Source of the DNA: Fimbriimonadales bacterium
GTDB lineage: Bacteria > Armatimonadota > Fimbriimonadia > Fimbriimonadales > ATM1
Assembly (NCBI GenBank): GCA_041744215.1
Contig: JBGTLG010000025.1
Span: 75,381 to 139,380 of the forward strand
Length of the DNA: 64,000 bases
Direction of reading: 5' to 3'
Shown: positions 58,868 through 64,000 of the stretch, piece by piece
Layout of the letters: every line of letters starts with the position of its first letter
How positions within the stretch are numbered: the stretch's first letter is position 1
The notes under the pieces: generated by a model
What the model saw: only the letters and a program-made list of their open reading frames with translations
What the model was told of the DNA's origin: nothing
The model's database searches: none
Program-made: the position numbers and the translations under genes

Positions 58868-59431
58868 CTAAACGAAATCAACTTCATCCACAAGCTCAGA
58901 TCTAGTCCACTGCCATTCGGAAAGCAATTCTCTCAAGTCTTGATCGTGCTCATCAATGAAGGCATGCGCGTGCGGGAAGGGCACTTCAATGGTTCCAGGA
59001 GCGAGGCCCTCCCGGACACATACGCTCTCGTAGGCCTCGAGGGTGCCGTAGGCGTAGAGGAGATCGTGCTGATCGTATACAACCGCGCTCTGGCCGTCGA
59101 GCGACCGCACCCAGAAGTGGTGTCGCCCATCATTTTCAAGGAACGGCTGGAACCGCCTGAGGAACTGCGCGAGATCCTCCTTCGATAATGGATCCTCAAG
59201 ATCGTACCTGCCGGCAGCGAAGCCTGCGCTCGCGACCTGTAGCACGTATCGAATTCGATATGGCGGCTCAATTTGCTCTATCAGGGACGACAAAAGGTTC
59301 ACGTGCTGAGACCGCGGTGCGACTACCAATCGCCTCTCTTCCCGCGAGAATACGTTTGGATACTCGTGCTGTAAGAACTCACCGTCGTCGACGAGCGACG
59401 TGAACTTGTGCTCAGGACGAGAAGAGGCCAT
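58868..59431 (-). CDS. Hypothetical protein
   Basis: 187 aa; FLENDGRHHFW, YDQHD, PFPHAH; abuts the upstream gene. Confidence 0.75.
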   Translation of the reverse strand: MASSRPEHKFTSLVDDGEFLQHEYPNVFSREERRLVVAPRSQHVNLLSSLIEQIEPPYRIRYVLQVASAGFAAGRYDLEDPLSKEDLAQFLRRFQPFLENDGRHHFWVRSLDGQSAVVYDQHDLLYAYGTLEAYESVCVREGLAPGTIEVPFPHAHAFIDEHDQDLRELLSEWQWTRSELVDEVDFV

Positions 59432-59432
59432 G

Positions 59433-60125
59433 CTAGAAGCGCGTGTCCCCAAAGTCGTCTTTTGAGCGCACCGGAATGTTGGCATCGAAAACCCACTCGG
59501 GCGCAGTCTCTTTCGACTTGATGTGCCAGAGCGCGCTTCCCAGCGCTATTCCTCCGAACGCAAAGATCAGAATTCCTACGCCATTGGGAAGCACTTTTTG
59601 CAACGCTGCTGCAACCGGAGGCACTAATCCGTAGCCCGTCAGGATGCCATAGGCGACGATTCCAAGCACAGCCCCAGCGACAGCATGAAGCAGGTGTCCC
59701 GTGTTCTCCAGGTCGTGAGGTGAACGAAACTCGTCGACGAACCAATTTGGGGTCCATGCAACTGGCGCGGCAACGCCGAACTCTCCACTCCTCAGCTTTT
59801 CAGATCCTCGCGCAGTCAACCCAATTCTGGGGACCTGTGCAACGCTCGTGCTTCGAGGGCGCCAGTTCTTCTCCTCAGAGAGCACTTCCTTGACTTCCTT
59901 TTCGAGGATCGGTTCTTCGGAACCCCAAAATCGTGGTACGCGGAACAGATAGACGGATCCCTCGGCCAACAGTTGTTGCAGTTCGCTTTCTACCAGTTGG
60001 CGAACCTCCTCGCGGGACGCTCCTTCGATTCTAACCGCTGAGCTAAGCGAAGCGGCCCAGAGCGGTCTTCGCCGCTCCGCGGCATTTTTGACGATCTCGT
60101 ATCGCGCAACTGCTGAACTTGCCAT
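59433..60125 (-). CDS. Hypothetical membrane protein
   Basis: Two C-terminal TM helices; start uncertain. Confidence 0.65.
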   Translation of the reverse strand: MASSAVARYEIVKNAAERRRPLWAASLSSAVRIEGASREEVRQLVESELQQLLAEGSVYLFRVPRFWGSEEPILEKEVKEVLSEEKNWRPRSTSVAQVPRIGLTARGSEKLRSGEFGVAAPVAWTPNWFVDEFRSPHDLENTGHLLHAVAGAVLGIVAYGILTGYGLVPPVAAALQKVLPNGVGILIFAFGGIALGSALWHIKSKETAPEWVFDANIPVRSKDDFGDTRF

Positions 60126-60175
60126 CTGAACCCAACTCTTTTGACGATACCGCAAGACCTTGCGTTTCTGGGCGG

Positions 60176-61639
60176 CTACAGAATCCCTAATTCTCCCCAA
60201 AGACGATCAACCTTGCTTGTTACGTCCTCGGACATCGTGATCAGTTTAGGCCACTCCCGAGGGAAGCCCTCTGATGCCCACTTGTGCGTGCAGTCGAATC
60301 CAATTTTGCCGCCAAATCCAACGATGCTTGAGGCATGGTCGAGTTGGTCGATCGGCCCCTTCACTATAAGCGAATCGCGCATCGGGTCACAGTTTGCGCC
60401 GATTCGAAAGATAACGTCGCGCATGTCGTGAATGTCTACATCATCCCCAAACACAAAGATGAACTTGGTGAACATCAGTTGACCAAGACCCCAGATCGCA
60501 TTCATGACTTTGTATGCGTGACCGGGATATCGCTTGCGAATCTTCACGAAGGCCATGTTGTGGAAGCAGGCATCAACGGGCAAGTGCATGTCGATTATTT
60601 CAGGAACGGTCAATCGGATCAACGGTAGGAAGATACGCTCGACAGCCTGCCCCATGTACGCGTCTTCCATTGGAGGAATTCCGACGATTGTCGCTGGATA
60701 GACTGGCTTCTCACGCATCGTGACGCACGTAGCGTGGAAGACGGGAAACATGTCCGCTAGGGAATAGTAACCCGTATGGTCGCCGAAGGGCCCTTCCAAT
60801 CGCGACTCCGACGGATCCACATAGCCTTCGATGACAATTTCTGCATCGGCGGGTACAGCGATGTCAACCGTTTTTGCTCTGACAAGCTTCGCAGGTTCGC
60901 GTCGCAAGAATCCAGCGAAGAGCATTTCGTCGATCCCCGGGGGAAGAGGTGCAATTGCAGAGAATGTGTAGGCAGGATCTCCGCCCAGCACGATGCAAGC
61001 TTCAATGTTTCTCCGGTTCTCGGCCGCCACGCGCATATGCTCGGCACCAACCTTGTGCATCTGCCAATGCATTCCTGTTGTCTTCTTGTCGTAAATCTGG
61101 ATTCGGTACATACCGACATTGCGCTTCCCGGTATTTGGGTCGTGTGTGAAGACCATAGGGAGAGTAATGAACGGGCCTCCGTCCTCCGGCCAACATGTCA
61201 GCACAGGAAGCTTGGTTAGGTCTACTTCATCGCCTTCCATGACGACCTCTTGACATATTCCGGACGCCACACTTTTGGGCGCGGCTTTCGCGAAGCGTCC
61301 AAGTTCGAGGAGCTTCTTGATTTTTGCCGAGATAGACGCAGGGACATCCGGTTGTAAGAGGGATTGAATCTCTTCGGCGATCTCATCGACGTCGGAGACT
61401 CCTAGCGCCATGCTCATTCGCTTTCGAGATCCGAAGCAGTTGATGGCGACCGGCATCTCAAAGCCTGCCGGACTTTCGATAAGCAGCCCGGGCCCACCGC
61501 CTGGCATTTTCATGCAACGGTCCGCGACTTCGGTGATTTCCAAGTGCGGGCTTAGGGGGTAGGTGATTCGCCGGAGTTCGCCGGCAACGTCAAGCTCGCG
61601 CAAAAAGTGCTGGAAGTCCGTATACATCCACCCGGACAA
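60176..61639 (-). CDS. UbiD family decarboxylase (menaquinone futalosine-pathway type)
   Basis: LEITE, DGGPFIT, RNVGMYR, EGPFGDHTGYY, KRYPGHA.KVM.AIWGLGQLMFTK, LDHAS. Confidence 0.92.
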   Translation of the reverse strand: MSGWMYTDFQHFLRELDVAGELRRITYPLSPHLEITEVADRCMKMPGGGPGLLIESPAGFEMPVAINCFGSRKRMSMALGVSDVDEIAEEIQSLLQPDVPASISAKIKKLLELGRFAKAAPKSVASGICQEVVMEGDEVDLTKLPVLTCWPEDGGPFITLPMVFTHDPNTGKRNVGMYRIQIYDKKTTGMHWQMHKVGAEHMRVAAENRRNIEACIVLGGDPAYTFSAIAPLPPGIDEMLFAGFLRREPAKLVRAKTVDIAVPADAEIVIEGYVDPSESRLEGPFGDHTGYYSLADMFPVFHATCVTMREKPVYPATIVGIPPMEDAYMGQAVERIFLPLIRLTVPEIIDMHLPVDACFHNMAFVKIRKRYPGHAYKVMNAIWGLGQLMFTKFIFVFGDDVDIHDMRDVIFRIGANCDPMRDSLIVKGPIDQLDHASSIVGFGGKIGFDCTHKWASEGFPREWPKLITMSEDVTSKVDRLWGELGIL

Positions 61640-61664
61640 TACCGTAAACCGGTCTCGGTGAACC

Positions 61665-61958
61665 TCACCGCGGCCCGGACAGCAGGTTTGCCCAAAGGGA
61701 GACGTGGTAAACCAGAACCGAAGCCATCACGACGTTCCCAAGGTGCACCACGCGTTGCGCAATGCTGCGGTCCCAAAGGTGAAAGGCAACGCAGCAAACC
61801 AACAAGGTGCACGCGATCTTCGCGAACTCAAACAAACCGTGCAAGGCAAACCACCGCAGCACCGGGTTGGCTTCCACTCCACCAACCGAGAAAACTGCGA
61901 GGGTAAACCCGAAATCGAGCAAACTGAGGCACGCGTACAGCACGATTGCCGGGTTCAC
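61665..61958 (-). CDS. Small membrane protein, DUF5658-like
   Basis: LD..FT....GGVEANP..K motif; GTG start inferred. Confidence 0.7.
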   Translation of the reverse strand: MNPAIVLYACLSLLDFGFTLAVFSVGGVEANPVLRWFALHGLFEFAKIACTLLVCCVAFHLWDRSIAQRVVHLGNVVMASVLVYHVSLWANLLSGPR

Positions 61959-62102
61959 ACGCCTGCAAAGGGCAGGGTCGCTTCGGCTGATTACCATCGA
62001 TCCGTGCGTGTCATTCCCAATTTGGCCTCGAAGTTCGCGTATAGGATTGCCTGTTTGACTATGGGGGCCAACGTTTGCCACAATCAGGGTTCCCCCACGT
62101 GC

Positions 62103-62190
62103 GGAGAGGTCGCATAGTGGTCTAGTGCGCCGCACTCGAAATGCGGTGAGGTGCAAGCCTCCGTGGGTTCGAATCCCACCCTCTCCGCCA
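62103..62190 (+). tRNA. tRNA-Ser(CGA)
   Basis: ggagagg/cctctcc acceptor stem, ccgca-ctCGAaa-tgcgg anticodon arm, long variable arm, ggttcgaatcc, encoded CCA. Confidence 0.97.
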
Positions 62191-62226
62191 CCTTAACGAA
62201 CTTTCTCTCCCTGCGCGTCGTTAGAA

Positions 62227-62817
62227 GTGTCCGTGCAAGGCGTCGTTTATCGGTTTGAGCCCGTACTAGGAGTCGGAGATTGGTTTGCGCTAATCATGCC
62301 AGTCTCACTTTCAGTGTTTGCAGCTATGGCGCTGCTGGCTACGCTGCGGAGGAGGAAAGCCGAAGAGAGGTCGACCCGTCTCCTAGCACTAACTGGAGGC
62401 GGCTTAGTACTTGCGCTTCTCATGGTCGCGGCATCGCATATTCCCCGCTTGACGACGCTCACATTCCAAGGGAGCGAGATGCGAATCTCGATTCTGGCCA
62501 GTGAGACAGTCTATTCGTTGGCCTCACAAAACAAGGTGAAGAGCGGTCGCGGCGTCATCGAGCTTTGGACCCCCAAGGGTGCTGTTACGTTGCCGGTCAA
62601 GGGCGAGTGGGTTGCCGGAGACCTCCTCGTCGACGCGGCCTACTTAGCGAATGAGTTCAATGGACGGAGCAGCAGGACTCGGCAAGCTGGAGGCACCCTT
62701 TCTGAGTCGCGCAATATCCAACCAGAAGACGCTGATTATCAGCATCATGACCAGGGCGAATCCGACCACCGCAACGCGCTCTTGAATCTTGAAAGACAGC
62801 CTACGGCCTCCCCGTAG
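62227..62817 (+). CDS. Hypothetical membrane protein
   Basis: Two TM helices then a beta-rich region; 3' end overlaps rseP. Confidence 0.55.
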   Translation: MSVQGVVYRFEPVLGVGDWFALIMPVSLSVFAAMALLATLRRRKAEERSTRLLALTGGGLVLALLMVAASHIPRLTTLTFQGSEMRISILASETVYSLASQNKVKSGRGVIELWTPKGAVTLPVKGEWVAGDLLVDAAYLANEFNGRSSRTRQAGGTLSESRNIQPEDADYQHHDQGESDHRNALLNLERQPTASP

Positions 62818-63810
62818 CGCCTCGATTCCACAGATAACTAGCTGTCCGCCGTCGAACATCGGGATGGGCAGCAGGTTCAGAATTCCCAGCGACAGGCTGA
62901 TGATTGCCGCAATCAGGAAAAGGGCCGAGGGGCCTTGGGTCGCCGCTTCACCGGTGAATTTTGCGATCGTAATCGGCCCGCCCGCGTTCTCCTTCAGGTC
63001 CTTTGGTTTGGTTAGCACTCGAACCGTTCCTGAAAGAATCGCCCAAGATTTTTCTGCGGCGAGAGCAAATGACCCTATGAGGCCTACTGATACCGTCTCA
63101 AACTTTGGCCCAATCCCAATCCAACCCACGTCCTCCTTCTTGATCGACCCTGAGGCATCGTACTCGGGCATGCCGTCGGCACCGACAATCGTTGCCCCTT
63201 CGAGAAGTTCGGGAATCACCTGGAGCTCAAGCGTCTTGCCGTCGCGCTCAACCTGAAAGTTGATTGGCGTGCCGATCATCGGACGTGTGGCAAGGCGCAG
63301 CTCGTAAAAAGTCGCGATGGGCGTTCCGTTCGCTGAGATGACCCGATCATCCACCTGGAGGCCGCCCTCCTCGGCTGGTGAGGCCTCCGATACCGCGCCG
63401 ATGATGGGCGCATCCATCGGCTTTGTCTCCCCGAACATGATGTAGCCGCTTGCGAAGAGGGCGTAACCGAAGAGCACGCTAAAGAGCGGCCCTGCGAAGA
63501 GGACCCATGCACGGGCTCCGACCCCTTTCGAATAGAAACCTTGCGGGACCTCAACTTCGCTGCCGTCCGGCTTCGGTTCCATCCCTTTGACTCGTACGAA
63601 ACCCCCAAGGGGGACAAAGGGGTGGGTCGTGATGAGCATCCCGGATTTCGTGGTCTTGAGGACAAACTTCTTTCCGAAGGGAAGCCCGAGGATACAGAAC
63701 TCTTCGACTTCCATGCCCTTCCACCGAGCGAATAGATAGTGGCCAAGCTCGTGGACAGCCACAACAGCCGTCAGGACGAGGAGTACTGCGATGATTTGCC
63801 AGACGATCAA
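62644..63810 (-). CDS. rseP: RIP metalloprotease RseP (M50 with PDZ)
   Basis: HELGH, PLGGFV, FAGP, PDZ, GGPITI, NLLPIPMFDGG. Confidence 0.95.
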   Translation of the reverse strand: MIVWQIIAVLLVLTAVVAVHELGHYLFARWKGMEVEEFCILGLPFGKKFVLKTTKSGMLITTHPFVPLGGFVRVKGMEPKPDGSEVEVPQGFYSKGVGARAWVLFAGPLFSVLFGYALFASGYIMFGETKPMDAPIIGAVSEASPAEEGGLQVDDRVISANGTPIATFYELRLATRPMIGTPINFQVERDGKTLELQVIPELLEGATIVGADGMPEYDASGSIKKEDVGWIGIGPKFETVSVGLIGSFALAAEKSWAILSGTVRVLTKPKDLKENAGGPITIAKFTGEAATQGPSALFLIAAIISLSLGILNLLPIPMFDGGQLVICGIEALRGGRRLSFKIQERVAVVGFALVMMLIISVFWLDIARLRKGASSLPSPAAPSIELIR

Positions 63811-63945
63811 TCTTTGCTCCGGAGAGAGAATTAGTATACGCCGAGGTTCCCGGGAGGTTCCGTAAACTCCGTAAACGTCGGTGGATCTGCCAGTTACAGC
63901 GCGAGAGAGAGAGAGTCACACGCCGAGCGCTCGGGGTGCAAAGCA

Positions 63946-63979
63946 ACGACAGCGGCCCGGTTGCCCGGGTCGCTGTCGT
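63946..63979. terminator. Strong hairpin, possible terminator of a gene beyond the window
   Basis: acgacagcggcccgg-ttgc-ccgggtcgctgtcgt; no clear T-tract. Confidence 0.5.
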
Positions 63980-64000
63980 GTTGGGGAATCTGCGCTGTTA

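Noticed and set aside
62103-62230. Integrative element at tRNA-Ser
   Set aside because: No integrase and no duplicated tRNA 3' end noticed in the window
63903-63915. (GA)6 microsatellite as a phase-variation site for rseP
   Set aside because: Short tract lying upstream of the apparent -10 box; no supporting evidence

Overview
A gene-dense bacterial chromosomal window, mostly housekeeping. It runs from plsX-fabH, two tandem AI-2E permeases and rnj, through a GT4/GH130 pair, M14 and S8 peptidases, dusB, ffs-dnaX-ybaB-recR-fhs, a PilGHI-like ABC trio, trpF, cysS, vanW-like, fadD, mfd, corA, a nurA-herA-like pair, a GGDEF protein, yajQ, msrA, GH109 and a UbiD/MqnL decarboxylase, to tRNA-Ser(CGA) and rseP. 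Gene content and protein style suggest Armatimonadota (Fimbriimonadia-like); this is an inference. No transposase, integrase or CRISPR array was seen. The most unusual part is ~8.7-11.1 kb. There a LolA-like gene is bracketed by two 35-bp palindromic direct repeats. It is followed by a 62-bp tandem repeat, then three non-coding units at an exact 132-bp period (conserved motif, variable core, GC hairpin), then a short helical ORF coupled to a stand-alone ThsB-like TIR gene. Also notable is a B12-binding/XRE regulator whose divergent promoter carries an exact 41-bp tandem duplication. All calls come from reading motifs by eye; no database searches were run.
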